Sequence record: DRR723986_1321
DNA: 56,884 bases
Direction: 5' to 3' (one strand)
Position numbers and translations under genes: made by a program
Notes under the pieces: generated by a model
Database searches by the model: none
Seen by the model: only the letters and a program-made list of their open reading frames with translations
What the model was told of the DNA's origin: nothing
Part shown: one piece after another, positions 8,973 through 18,781 of the stretch
Position numbering within the stretch: the stretch's first letter is position 1
How the letters are laid out: each line of letters starts with the position of its first letter

Positions 8973-11291
8973 ATGCCCAGACAAACTCTCCAGTGCCCGC
9001 TCGTGGCGCTGCTGACCGCGGTTATCATGATGTCCTCATCTATTGCGGTGCAGGCCAAGAACGATAAAACAAACTCAAGCCAGCGCTACATGCTCAGCCA
9101 CCAGAAGGGCAAGGGCGCGGAATCGCTCAATGTCGTGGCCAACAGCAATGGCAAGCGCCCCAAGAAGCTCAAGTACCGGGACATCATCGCCGCCGATCTC
9201 TCAGACAAAGATCTCGCCAAAATCCTCAGGCACCCGCTGTTCGCCGGCGCCAAGGTAGAGCCTGATCCCCAGCGCTTTATGGTGGCCACCAACAACAGCG
9301 AGACGGTGCCCTACGGCATCTACATGGTTGAAGCGGATTCCGATGCCGGCCTGGCGCCGGGGCCCTCCCCTACCAGGGTGTGCATTATCGACTCCGGCTA
9401 TGAGATCGAGCACCCGGATCTGCCCGGCCGGGATCGGGTTACCGGCGTATCCCAGACCAACGACCTCTGGGACTATCCGGGTGACAGCCACGGTACCCAT
9501 GTGGCCGGCACAATTGCTGCACTTGGTGGCAATAACCGCGGCGTTGTCGGGGTCCACCGGGGTAGCAACCTCTCCCTGCACATTGTCAAAGTGTTCAACG
9601 ACAACGGTTCGTGGACCAACAGCTCAGACCTTATCGACGCGCTCGACAGCTGTGTGGCCAATGGCTCAAACGTGGTCTCCATGAGCCTCGGTGGCGGCTT
9701 TGCAAGCACCAATGAAAGTACCGCCTTCGCCCAGGCCCTGGCGAACAACAACGTGCTGTCTATCGCCGCCGCCTCCAACGATGGGAATACGAGCTACAGC
9801 TATCCCGCATCCTACGATTCGGTGGTCAGTGTTGCGGCCATTGACAGCAGCAAGGGGCTGGCATCCTTCTCCAATCGTAACGACCAGGTAGAACTCGCGG
9901 CGCCAGGCGTTGCCGTTGACTCCACTGTCGTCGGCGGTGGTTATGCCCAGTACTCCGGCACCTCAATGGCGACACCTCATGTGTCCGGCGCTGCGGCGCT
10001 GCTGTGGAGTAACCATGCGGACTGCAGCGCGATCCAGATCCGCCGTGCGCTGGCCGTCTCCGCGGAAGATCTCGGCGCACCGGGCCCCGATGACTCCTAT
10101 GGCTATGGTCTGATTCAAACCAATATGGCGAGCGCCCTGATCAACCAGTACGGGTGTAACAATCTGCCGGAACTGCCGACCGTGCCGCCGCCCCCACCGC
10201 CGCCGGCCCTGGCAAATGGCCAGTCCGTAGGCAACCTCAGCGGCTCAACGGGAAGTGAAGCGTTCTACAGCATTGCCCTGCCCGATGGCGCCAGCAACCT
10301 GTCGGTTCAGATCAGCGGCGGGAGCGGCGATGCCGACCTCTACCTGCGGGCCGGGCAGCTGCCTACCCTGACCGGATACGACTGCAGACCCTATGCGTAT
10401 GGCAACAACGAGACCTGCACGGCCGGGTCACCCAGCGCGTCGACGTATTACGTGATGCTGCGAGCGTACTCGTCTTACAGCGGGGTCACCCTGAGCGTAG
10501 CTTACGATGAGGACGATACTGGCCCACCCGTCAATGAGCCGCCGGTTGCCCGGATCCAGGCCAGCGACACCTCGGGCAAGGCACCACTGTCAGTAAGTTT
10601 CGATGGCACTGGCTCGTCTGACGATGGCGCCATTACCAACTGGTTGTGGGACTTTGGTAGCGCAGGCAGCGGCTCCCAGCCTGTCGAACAACGCGTTTTC
10701 AGTGAAGGCAGCTACCAGGTAACGCTCACAGTCAGCGATGGCGAGTTCCAGGACAGCGACAGCGTCACCATCAACGTGGCGCCAGAGAATCGCGACCCGG
10801 TAGCCCGCTTCCAGAGCAACCCGACAAGCGGTATAGATACTGACACATCCGTATCATTCAACGCGGCCGACACCAGCGACCCCGATGGCGACAGCCTGAG
10901 TTTCGCCTGGGACTTTGGTGGTGATGGCACCGCCAGTGGCAGCAGCACCAGCCACAGGTTCAGCGCGGCCGGCACTTACCTCGTCACCCTGACGGTAACT
11001 GATGGTGACGGTGGCAGTGATTCCGCTCAGCAGTCCCTGACAGTTGTGGCCGCACCCGAACCGCCACCGCCCAGCATCGAGGCTTCGGCATCAACAAATA
11101 AGCGGGGCAATCGGGCTGACATTCGCTGGAGCGGTGCCGACAGCAGTCGCGTACGGATCCTGCGCAACGGCTCGCAGATCACCCGGACCAGCAACGACGG
11201 CTTCTGGCGGGATCGTAGGTACAGTGGCGGTGACAGCTATCAGGTCTGTAATGACGCGCTCAGCACCTGCTCAGCATCGGTAGCGCCCTGA
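8973..11291 (+). CDS. Secreted S8 subtilisin-like serine protease with PPC and two PKD domains
   Basis: Signal peptide; catalytic triad IIDSG, HGTHVAG, GTSMATP; PPC (GGSGDADLY); PKD (WDFG twice); Pro-rich linkers. Confidence 0.95.
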   Translation: MPRQTLQCPLVALLTAVIMMSSSIAVQAKNDKTNSSQRYMLSHQKGKGAESLNVVANSNGKRPKKLKYRDIIAADLSDKDLAKILRHPLFAGAKVEPDPQRFMVATNNSETVPYGIYMVEADSDAGLAPGPSPTRVCIIDSGYEIEHPDLPGRDRVTGVSQTNDLWDYPGDSHGTHVAGTIAALGGNNRGVVGVHRGSNLSLHIVKVFNDNGSWTNSSDLIDALDSCVANGSNVVSMSLGGGFASTNESTAFAQALANNNVLSIAAASNDGNTSYSYPASYDSVVSVAAIDSSKGLASFSNRNDQVELAAPGVAVDSTVVGGGYAQYSGTSMATPHVSGAAALLWSNHADCSAIQIRRALAVSAEDLGAPGPDDSYGYGLIQTNMASALINQYGCNNLPELPTVPPPPPPPALANGQSVGNLSGSTGSEAFYSIALPDGASNLSVQISGGSGDADLYLRAGQLPTLTGYDCRPYAYGNNETCTAGSPSASTYYVMLRAYSSYSGVTLSVAYDEDDTGPPVNEPPVARIQASDTSGKAPLSVSFDGTGSSDDGAITNWLWDFGSAGSGSQPVEQRVFSEGSYQVTLTVSDGEFQDSDSVTINVAPENRDPVARFQSNPTSGIDTDTSVSFNAADTSDPDGDSLSFAWDFGGDGTASGSSTSHRFSAAGTYLVTLTVTDGDGGSDSAQQSLTVVAAPEPPPPSIEASASTNKRGNRADIRWSGADSSRVRILRNGSQITRTSNDGFWRDRRYSGGDSYQVCNDALSTCSASVAP

Positions 11292-11297
11292 TAACTC

Positions 11298-11328
11298 GGC
11301 CTCCGGTCGCACAAAGCGCCCGGAGGCC
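11298..11328. terminator. GC-rich hairpin between convergent genes
   Basis: GGCCTCCGG...CCGGAGGCC; no clear U tract. Confidence 0.4.
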
Positions 11329-11372
11329 CAGATCAGCTTAACGTCCCTGAAAAACCATTCCCTTCCAGCCTG

Positions 11373-11594
11373 CTACGGCTGGTAGCGGCTGTCCTTCTTG
11401 ATCAGTATCTCGCCGCGGCCACTTATCGGCTCACAGCGGTACCCCTGGTCACCGTTCCTGAGCACAGTGGCCACACAGGAACTGTACTCGCCGCTGGCCT
11501 GCAGGGCCTCAAGCTGGGGATCGGGTCTGGGCTCAGTGGTGCTGCAGGCCGCGGTGACAACAACGGTGGCAACGGCTGTGAAAAGCGTCTTCAT
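11373..11594 (-). CDS. Small hypothetical lipoprotein
   Basis: MKTLFTAVATVVVTAAC signal and lipobox; two further Cys. Confidence 0.65.
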   Translation of the reverse strand: MKTLFTAVATVVVTAACSTTEPRPDPQLEALQASGEYSSCVATVLRNGDQGYRCEPISGRGEILIKKDSRYQP

Positions 11595-11786
11595 GGTGAC
11601 TCTCGCTGGAATGTGCTGGAGCACGAATTTAGCACGAATATCGCGGCTGTAAACAACCTCCCCCTACCACGCCCCACTGTGCGCTAGCGCTGACGACCAG
11701 CCACGGTGCCAAGGCACTCACCGGGGCACTATCCCCGACAAATCCTTGTAAGATACCCCCGATCAATCACTCTCGGGGAGCTAGCT

Positions 11787-13211
11787 TTGACACCAGAAGA
11801 ATTTCGCGAGGCCGGCCACGCACTGATCGACTGGATCGCGGACTATCGCCAGCATATCCCTGACAATCCGGTTCGTGCCCAGCTTGAGCCGGGGGACGTC
11901 AGGCGCGCCTTTCCGCAATCTGCACCGACGCAGGCGGATGATTTTCCGAGCCTGTTAGCGCAACTTGAGTCGCGCGTGGTTCCCGGTATCACCCAGGTTC
12001 AGCACCCCATGCATTATGGGTGGTTTCCCTCCAATGCCTCACTGGCTTCCGTACTCGGCGATATCGCCTGCTCCGGCCTCGGCACCCTCGGTATTTCCTG
12101 GGAAAGCTGCCCGGCGCTGACTGAGGTTGAGGAAGTGGTCTGCGAATGGATGCGGCAGCTTACCGGTCTCAGCGAGGGCTGGCAGGGCACCATTCACGAC
12201 ACCGCATCGACCGCCTGCCTGACCGCCATGATCCTCGCCCGGGAGAAAGCCAGTGAGTTCAGCAAGAATGGACAGGGCCTGCAGGCAGTGACCGCGCCAC
12301 TGGTGGTTTACAGCACGCGCCAGGCCCACTCGTCCGTTGCCAAAGCTGTGCAACTGGCCGGGTTTGGGCAGGACAACCTTCGCTACGTCGACGAGGATCC
12401 CCACACCCGGGCCATGCTGCCGGAAGCACTGGATATCGCTATCGGCGAGGACCTTGCCGCCGGAAGAATGCCAGCCGGCATCGTGTGTTCCGTGGGCACG
12501 ACCGGCACCACGGCCATGGATCCGGTGGCCGAGATAGCCGCCATCGCCAGGGCCCGCGACATATGGCTCCACGTGGATGCAGCAATGGCTGGCTCTGCCA
12601 TGCTGCTGCCAGAGTGTCGCCATCTGTGGGCAGGTGTTGAAGACGCCGATTCTATTGCCTGGAATCCACATAAATGGATGGGCACCATCCTCGACACGGC
12701 ATTGTTCTACGTCCGCGATACCACGCATCTACAACGGGTGATGTCCACCAATCCCAGCTACCTGCAATCTACCGCGGATGGGCAGGTAACCCAGTACCGG
12801 GATTGGGGGATTCCCCTGGGTCGGCGCTTCCGCGCACTCAAACTCTGGTTTCACCTGCACCTGGACGGCATCGAAGCTATTCGCGAGCGGCTGCGCCGGG
12901 ATCTGGACAACGCGCGCTGGCTCAGTGCCCAGGTTGTGGCCAGCAGCGACTGGGAGCTACTGGCCCCCGTTGCATTGCAGACCCTGTGTATCCGCCACGT
13001 CCCGCGGGATGATGACGGACAGGACCTCTCCGGCGAAGCGCTGGATACGCATACCCTGGGCTGGGTAGACCGCATCAATCGCTCCGGCAAGGCCTTCCTG
13101 TCACCTTCCCAACTCGACGGGCGCTGGATGGTACGCGTTTCCATCGGCGTGGAAGGCACCACTCGCAGCCACGTTGAACAACTGTGGCAACTGCTCAATG
13201 ACGCGGTGTAG
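11787..13211 (+). CDS. Group II PLP-dependent decarboxylase (aromatic-L-amino-acid decarboxylase family)
   Basis: TTG start (MTPEEFR) after GGGGAG; HVDAA, NPHKW (PLP Lys), GRRFRALKLW. Confidence 0.92.
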   Translation: MTPEEFREAGHALIDWIADYRQHIPDNPVRAQLEPGDVRRAFPQSAPTQADDFPSLLAQLESRVVPGITQVQHPMHYGWFPSNASLASVLGDIACSGLGTLGISWESCPALTEVEEVVCEWMRQLTGLSEGWQGTIHDTASTACLTAMILAREKASEFSKNGQGLQAVTAPLVVYSTRQAHSSVAKAVQLAGFGQDNLRYVDEDPHTRAMLPEALDIAIGEDLAAGRMPAGIVCSVGTTGTTAMDPVAEIAAIARARDIWLHVDAAMAGSAMLLPECRHLWAGVEDADSIAWNPHKWMGTILDTALFYVRDTTHLQRVMSTNPSYLQSTADGQVTQYRDWGIPLGRRFRALKLWFHLHLDGIEAIRERLRRDLDNARWLSAQVVASSDWELLAPVALQTLCIRHVPRDDDGQDLSGEALDTHTLGWVDRINRSGKAFLSPSQLDGRWMVRVSIGVEGTTRSHVEQLWQLLNDAV

Positions 13212-13362
13212 GAGACTTCCCTGCCCCACCGGCAGCAAGCGCACGGCGCACTCTGGTGGGCCAAAGGGCGCGCGATGGGGCGCATTCGTGGATCGCAGTG
13301 ATCGCATCACTCAAACTCATGTGGGATAGTCGTCACACGAAACCAGATTAACGATTGCTGCC

Positions 13363-13833
13363 ATGAGCCCAATGACCCCCCTGTTTCCCCCGGATGACAC
13401 GGACATCGTCTACGTCTCGCGTAGCGATATCTTCAACGATTTCGGCACCTTCTCGCACCATAGCTTTCTCCTGGAAGGGGTGGAATGGCCGTCGGTTGAG
13501 CACTACTACCAGGCAATGAAATTTGACGATGCCGATTACCAGGCCTTGATTCGCGCAGCGGAGCACCCGAAGAAGGCCCGCAAACTGGGCCGGACGCGGC
13601 GGAAGAAGCGGCGCAACGACTGGCAGCAGGTCAAGGTCACCGTAATGACGCGCGGGGTCTATATCAAGTGCCGCACTCACCCGGAAATCGCCGAGGCATT
13701 ACAGGCCACTGGCGACAAGACGCTGGTTGAGAACAGCAACTATGACTACTTCTGGGGCTGCGGACGTGACCGGCGCGGCAACAACATGTATGGCAAAGTG
13801 TTGATGAACGTCCGCAGCAAGCTGACCGAGTAA
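13363..13833 (+). CDS. NADAR family N-glycosidase (YbiA-like)
   Basis: WPSVEHYYQAMKF, LVENS..D.FWG.G...GNN.YGKVLM.VR. Confidence 0.9.
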   Translation: MSPMTPLFPPDDTDIVYVSRSDIFNDFGTFSHHSFLLEGVEWPSVEHYYQAMKFDDADYQALIRAAEHPKKARKLGRTRRKKRRNDWQQVKVTVMTRGVYIKCRTHPEIAEALQATGDKTLVENSNYDYFWGCGRDRRGNNMYGKVLMNVRSKLTE

Positions 13834-13993
13834 AGGGTTCTCGGCGGCCACTGGCTGCGCCCTGCTGCTTCGCGCAGGCGCATAGCGGGCCAGGCACAGC
13901 TGCCACGGTCTGTTCGCGCTTGCCGGTTATGCCAATACGGCATCGGCCGGTGTAGTATTGCGGGGAAGAGACACGACCGGAGTCACCCGCAGC

Positions 13994-14770
13994 ATGAGCG
14001 AGACCCGCCTTTACCTCTCACTGCTCCCGCAGGCGCTGGTTGCCTCCATGCTGCCACCGGAGGCATTTGGCAGTTACTACGCCGTGGGTAGTAATCTGCA
14101 CAACCAGGGCGAGGCAATCTTCTTCGAAATTGATCCGGCCTTTCGCTCCGATGACTTCCCGTTCAAGCTGATCGAGGAAAAATGCATCCCCGGCCCCGGG
14201 GGCGAGCCCAAGAAGTCTGTCTACCTCGCTATCTACCGCGTACTGTCGCGGATCCCCGTGTCAGCGCTGGGCGACCTTTACCTGGTGACCCGGGACGGCC
14301 TCACCCTGCGTATCCAGCGCGCTGCGTACCAGCCGCGGGAAACGCAGACGCTGCATCTTTACCAGGAACTTTGCCCGATCACCCCGCTGGTGGGCAGCAC
14401 GCTGGCCGCGGATCAATTCTGCCGTTTTATCACCAACCCGGCCCAGCCGATCCATGTGCCACGTATCGTGTTCTCCGAGTTGTCCTTGCATGAGCTGGCG
14501 ACAGATCCGGTAAACGGCGGCAGCGATGACCTGCCCTACCGGGAAATAGAACACCTGAGAGATTGCCTGCAGCAGCTGAAAGCCACCAACAAGCAAACCA
14601 AGCTGGTGCGCAACCAACTGCGCGATGGGCTGCTGTACCGCATGATCAAAGGCGGCTTTTACGTCGGCGATCAACAGGACTTCGCGTTCTATGCCTATCC
14701 CTCGCCCGAGGAACTGGAGCGCACCCACCGGACTTGGTGGCGCTCTGCACAGCACCATTCATCCCACTGA
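13994..14770 (+). CDS. Hypothetical cytoplasmic protein
   Basis: Long ORF with typical codon usage (MSETRLYLSL...), 59 bp upstream of the pyrophosphatase gene. Confidence 0.75.
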   Translation: MSETRLYLSLLPQALVASMLPPEAFGSYYAVGSNLHNQGEAIFFEIDPAFRSDDFPFKLIEEKCIPGPGGEPKKSVYLAIYRVLSRIPVSALGDLYLVTRDGLTLRIQRAAYQPRETQTLHLYQELCPITPLVGSTLAADQFCRFITNPAQPIHVPRIVFSELSLHELATDPVNGGSDDLPYREIEHLRDCLQQLKATNKQTKLVRNQLRDGLLYRMIKGGFYVGDQQDFAFYAYPSPEELERTHRTWWRSAQHHSSH

Positions 14771-14829
14771 GACATGCCTATGCCGGCGAATCCATCGTGC
14801 GCCCAACGCCCTGAAGAGTCACTGTATCT

Positions 14830-17025
14830 ATGACTGAAGCCGCCTTCTGGATAGCGCCCGCCGGGGTCCTGCTCGGACTGATATTCGCCGCTGGCTTCTT
14901 TCGCAATATGCTGGGGCAAGCGCAGGGCACGACGGAAATGCAGCGCATGGGGGCGCATGTGCACGAGGGTGCCATGGCCTACCTGAAACGCCAGTACCGC
15001 GTGATGACGCTCGTATTCATGGCCCTGGCGGCGCTATTTGCCCTGCTGGCCTGGGGCTTCGATCTGCAGAGTCGCTGGCTACCGTTCACCTTCCTGGCCG
15101 GCGGCTTTTTCTCGGCACTGGCCGGCTATGTCGGCATGCAGACCGCTACTCGCGCCTCGACTCGCACCGCAGCAGCCGCCCGTAACTCGCTGGCCGGTGC
15201 CCTGCGCGTCGCCTTTCGCAGCGGTGCGGTAATGGGCCTGACGGTAGTGTCATTGGGTCTGGGCAACGTGCTCGCCTGGTTCCTGCTGGTGTATTGGTTT
15301 GCCCCCGCCGATGCCAGTGAGGGCGAACGTATGGTCATGGTGACGACCACCTTGCTCACGTTTGGCATGGGTGCGTCTCTGCAGGCTCTGTTTGCCAGGG
15401 TCGGCGGCGGTATCTACACCAAGGCCGCAGACGTCGGTGCCGATCTGGTTGGCAAACTGGAGAAAGGGATTCCGGAGGACGACCCGCGCAACCCCGCGGT
15501 AATCGCCGACAACGTGGGTGACAATGTCGGCGATGTGGCCGGCATGGGTGCAGACCTGTTCGAGTCCTACTGTGGGTCGCTGCTCGCAGCCTGCGCGCTC
15601 GGCGCGGCCGCCTGGGTCCATGACCCGGCGGTGCAGTTGAAGCTGGTGATCGCCCCACTGGCCATTGCCGGGCTGGGCATCATCCTGTCCATCCTCGGCG
15701 TTTTCCTGGTCACCACCCGCGAGGAAGCCGGGCAAAAAGAGTTACTCGCTTCCCTGTCACGCGGCATCAATGCCAGCGCCGTGCTGATCCTGCTGGCCGC
15801 TGCCGGTGTACTGTTCTGGCTCGGTATGCCCGGCTACTGGGGGATCTGGGGCGCAGTGGCTGCGGGACTGGTGACCGGCATTGTAGTCGGCAAGGCAACG
15901 GAGTATGCGACCTCCGCCAGCTTCGCCCCTACCCGGGGCGTTGCTCAACAGGCCGAGGGCGGTGCTGCAACCACCTTGATCGCCGGCATGGGCCTGGGAA
16001 TGCAATCCACCGCGGTGCCGGTGCTGGCTGTGGCAGCTGGCACCATAGCGGCCTTTCTCAGCGCCTCGGGAGGCGATCCGGAACAGCTTAACCAGGGCCT
16101 TTACGGCATCGCGATCGCCGCCGTCGGCATGCTCTCCACCCTGGGCATCACCCTGGCTTCGGACGCCTATGGTCCAATCGCCGACAATGCCGGCGGCAAC
16201 GCAGAGATGTGCAACCTGGGCCCCGAGGTGCGCGCGCGTACCGATGCGCTGGACGCGCTGGGCAACACCACTGCAGCCACCGGCAAGGGCTTTGCCATCA
16301 GTTCGGCGGCGCTTACCGCACTCGCCCTGATCGCATCCTATATCGAGGTCTTGCGCCTGGAGCTACATAAGAGCGGTGTGAGCCACCTGGAGCTGAGCCA
16401 CGGCGTGACAGTGCCGATTGTCGAGGCGGGGCTGACCGACTTTATGCTCTATTTCAACGTGACCCTGCTCAACCCCGCGGTCATCGCCGCGATGTTTATC
16501 GGAGCCACCGTGGCTTTTGTTTTCACCGGCCTGACCATGCAGGCGGTGGGCCGCGCTGCCGGCCAGATGGTGGAGGAAGTTCGCCGCCAGTTTCGCGAGG
16601 ATGCGGGCATTCTGCGCGGCGACTCGGAGCCAGACTACGCGCGCTGCGTGGACATCTCTACCGTTGGCGCTCAGCGGGAGATGATCCTGCCCGCCGCACT
16701 GGCCTGTCTGGCCCCGGTAGTAACCGGCCTGGTACTCGGCGTCGCGGGCGTCATCGGCCTGCTGACTGGCGGACTGGCGACCGGCTTCGTGATGGCGGTA
16801 TTCCTGTCCAACGCGGGCGGCGCCTTCGACAACGCCAAAAAGTATATCGAGGCGGGTCACCATGGCGGCAAGAACTCCCTGGCGCACCAGGCCTCGGTGG
16901 TCGGCGACACGGTAGGCGATCCGTTCAAGGACACCGCTGGGCCCAGCCTCAATATCCTGGTCAAGCTGATGAGCATTGTGGCCATCATCAGCGCCGGAAT
17001 AACCGTATCGTTCAGCCTGTTGTAG
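14830..17025 (+). CDS. hppA: Membrane-integral K+-dependent pyrophosphatase, probably Na+-translocating
   Basis: [39 protein letters not shown] (Ala determinant of K+ dependence), [11 protein letters not shown]. Confidence 0.95.
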   Translation: MTEAAFWIAPAGVLLGLIFAAGFFRNMLGQAQGTTEMQRMGAHVHEGAMAYLKRQYRVMTLVFMALAALFALLAWGFDLQSRWLPFTFLAGGFFSALAGYVGMQTATRASTRTAAAARNSLAGALRVAFRSGAVMGLTVVSLGLGNVLAWFLLVYWFAPADASEGERMVMVTTTLLTFGMGASLQALFARVGGGIYTKAADVGADLVGKLEKGIPEDDPRNPAVIADNVGDNVGDVAGMGADLFESYCGSLLAACALGAAAWVHDPAVQLKLVIAPLAIAGLGIILSILGVFLVTTREEAGQKELLASLSRGINASAVLILLAAAGVLFWLGMPGYWGIWGAVAAGLVTGIVVGKATEYATSASFAPTRGVAQQAEGGAATTLIAGMGLGMQSTAVPVLAVAAGTIAAFLSASGGDPEQLNQGLYGIAIAAVGMLSTLGITLASDAYGPIADNAGGNAEMCNLGPEVRARTDALDALGNTTAATGKGFAISSAALTALALIASYIEVLRLELHKSGVSHLELSHGVTVPIVEAGLTDFMLYFNVTLLNPAVIAAMFIGATVAFVFTGLTMQAVGRAAGQMVEEVRRQFREDAGILRGDSEPDYARCVDISTVGAQREMILPAALACLAPVVTGLVLGVAGVIGLLTGGLATGFVMAVFLSNAGGAFDNAKKYIEAGHHGGKNSLAHQASVVGDTVGDPFKDTAGPSLNILVKLMSIVAIISAGITVSFSLL

Positions 17026-17112
17026 CGAATACCGGGCCTGCGGGGTTCACAGCGAAGCGGATACCCGCCAGAATATCGGACAACAAAAATCGAACGACCA
17101 GCGGAGCAACAG

Positions 17113-17559
17113 ATGAGCGGACCACAGGCAGTGCACCTGGGCCAGGAAGAAATTCCTTTCGTAGATATCGGCGATGGCAGCCTGCTGCGGGTGCTGCAGG
17201 TAAAGACCGGCGAGGGACTGTGGATCATCGAGAACATCTTCCAGGCCGGCTACGAGGTGGACACCCACAAACATACTGGCCCGGTCTACGGCTACACCAC
17301 GTCCGGCGCCTGGAAGTACAAGGAATACGACTACGTCAACCGCGCCGGCTCGTTCCTCTACGAACCGGCGGGCTCAATGCACACCCTGCAATGTATTGAA
17401 GACAACACCCGCGTGTGGTTCCAGATGTACGGCAGCAATATCAACCTCGATACCCAGGGCAACATCACCTCCGTGGTAGACGGCAGCCTCACCCTCGAGT
17501 TCTACCTGGCCATGTGCGAGGCCAACGGCCTCGGCAGGCCGCCGGTAATGGTGGAGTAA
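17113..17559 (+). CDS. Cupin, 2,4'-dihydroxyacetophenone dioxygenase-like family
   Basis: [21 protein letters not shown]...[14 protein letters not shown]. Confidence 0.85.
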   Translation: MSGPQAVHLGQEEIPFVDIGDGSLLRVLQVKTGEGLWIIENIFQAGYEVDTHKHTGPVYGYTTSGAWKYKEYDYVNRAGSFLYEPAGSMHTLQCIEDNTRVWFQMYGSNINLDTQGNITSVVDGSLTLEFYLAMCEANGLGRPPVMVE

Positions 17560-17565
17560 GCAGCC

Positions 17566-18759
17566 CTGAATATCGACATCTACAACCCGGACAGCTATAC
17601 CGACGGCATACCCCAGGAGCAGTTCGCCTGGCTGCGGGCCAACGCTCCCGTTTACTGGCACCAGCACCCCGCAGGTCACGGCTACTGGGTACTGAGCAAG
17701 CACGCTGACGTGGTGCAGGTATCCCGGGACTTCAAAACCTTCTCGGCGCAGCGCGGCTTCGTGATGGTCGATGACCTGCCCGAGGAGCAACTGACAATGG
17801 CCCAGGGGATGCTGCTGGGTATGGACCCGCCGAACCACGGGCCCATCCGCCGGGCAGTGATTACCCGCTTCACCTCGCGCAAGCTGGCGGAGCTGGAACC
17901 CGGCGTGCGCCAGATCGCACGCGGCATTATGAAGCGCGTCAAAGTGGGTGAAGAGATCAATTTCGTCGACGACCTGGCGGGCGACCTGCCCACCGCGGTC
18001 ATTTGCTCGCTGCTGGAAATTCCCGAGGATATGTGGCCGCAGGTTCGCCGCTGGTCCGACCTGCAGACCTCCGGTTCCGACCCCGACCTTGGCGGCACCG
18101 CCGAGGAAGTGAGCCAGGCCTCTGTCGACATGGGCAGCTATGGCTACCAGCTGGCGGCGGAGCGCAAGGACGCCGGCGGCGACGACCTGATTTCCCTGCT
18201 GATCAACCAGGAGGTAGATGGCCATCTGGTCAACGAACTGGAGTTCGCTTCCCTGTTCGTCCAGCTCACCACCGCCGGTAACGAGACTACCCGCGGCCTT
18301 ATCAGCTCAGGGATGTACGAACTGATGCAGCACCCCGACGCCTACCGGCAGCTTGCCGAGGACTTCAGCAAGATTCCGTTGGCGGTCGAGGAAATGCTGC
18401 GCCGAAGCTGCCCACTGCACTACTTCCGAAGAACAGCAACCACTGACACCGAGATCAACGGGCAGCCGATAAAAGCCGGTGACCGGGTCGTCATGCTCTA
18501 CAGTTCTGCCAATTTCGACGAGGACGTTTTCGACTCGCCGATGCGTTTCGATATCGCCCGCGACCCCAATCCCCATCTCGCCTTCGGACACGGCCTTCAC
18601 CTGTGCCTGGGTGCCAACCTGGCGCGACTCGAGGCGCGGGTCTTCTTCGAGGAATTCTTCAAGGCATTCTCGGGCATCGAGGAACGCGGCAAACCCGCCT
18701 ACATCCGCTCCAACAGCATCCATGGGTTCAAGACGATGCCGGTGTGCCTGCAGGCCTGA
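17566..18759 (+). CDS. Cytochrome P450 (CYP125/142-like); start uncertain, probably CTG
   Basis: AGNETTR, EEMLR (ExxR), FGHGLHLCLG. P450-like N-terminus (GIPQEQFAWLRANAPVYW...GYWVLSKHADV) extends upstream of GTG 17710. Confidence 0.9.
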   Translation: MNIDIYNPDSYTDGIPQEQFAWLRANAPVYWHQHPAGHGYWVLSKHADVVQVSRDFKTFSAQRGFVMVDDLPEEQLTMAQGMLLGMDPPNHGPIRRAVITRFTSRKLAELEPGVRQIARGIMKRVKVGEEINFVDDLAGDLPTAVICSLLEIPEDMWPQVRRWSDLQTSGSDPDLGGTAEEVSQASVDMGSYGYQLAAERKDAGGDDLISLLINQEVDGHLVNELEFASLFVQLTTAGNETTRGLISSGMYELMQHPDAYRQLAEDFSKIPLAVEEMLRRSCPLHYFRRTATTDTEINGQPIKAGDRVVMLYSSANFDEDVFDSPMRFDIARDPNPHLAFGHGLHLCLGANLARLEARVFFEEFFKAFSGIEERGKPAYIRSNSIHGFKTMPVCLQA

Positions 18760-18781
18760 GCCGCCAGCAGCCGCGGCCGAC

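Noticed and set aside
10184-10210. CCG-rich repeat-like stretch
   Set aside because: Encodes the poly-Pro linker of the protease.
13363-13833. NADAR as a DarT-type antitoxin or phage-defence gene
   Set aside because: No ADP-ribosyltransferase or defence gene is adjacent; a housekeeping YbiA-like role is simpler.
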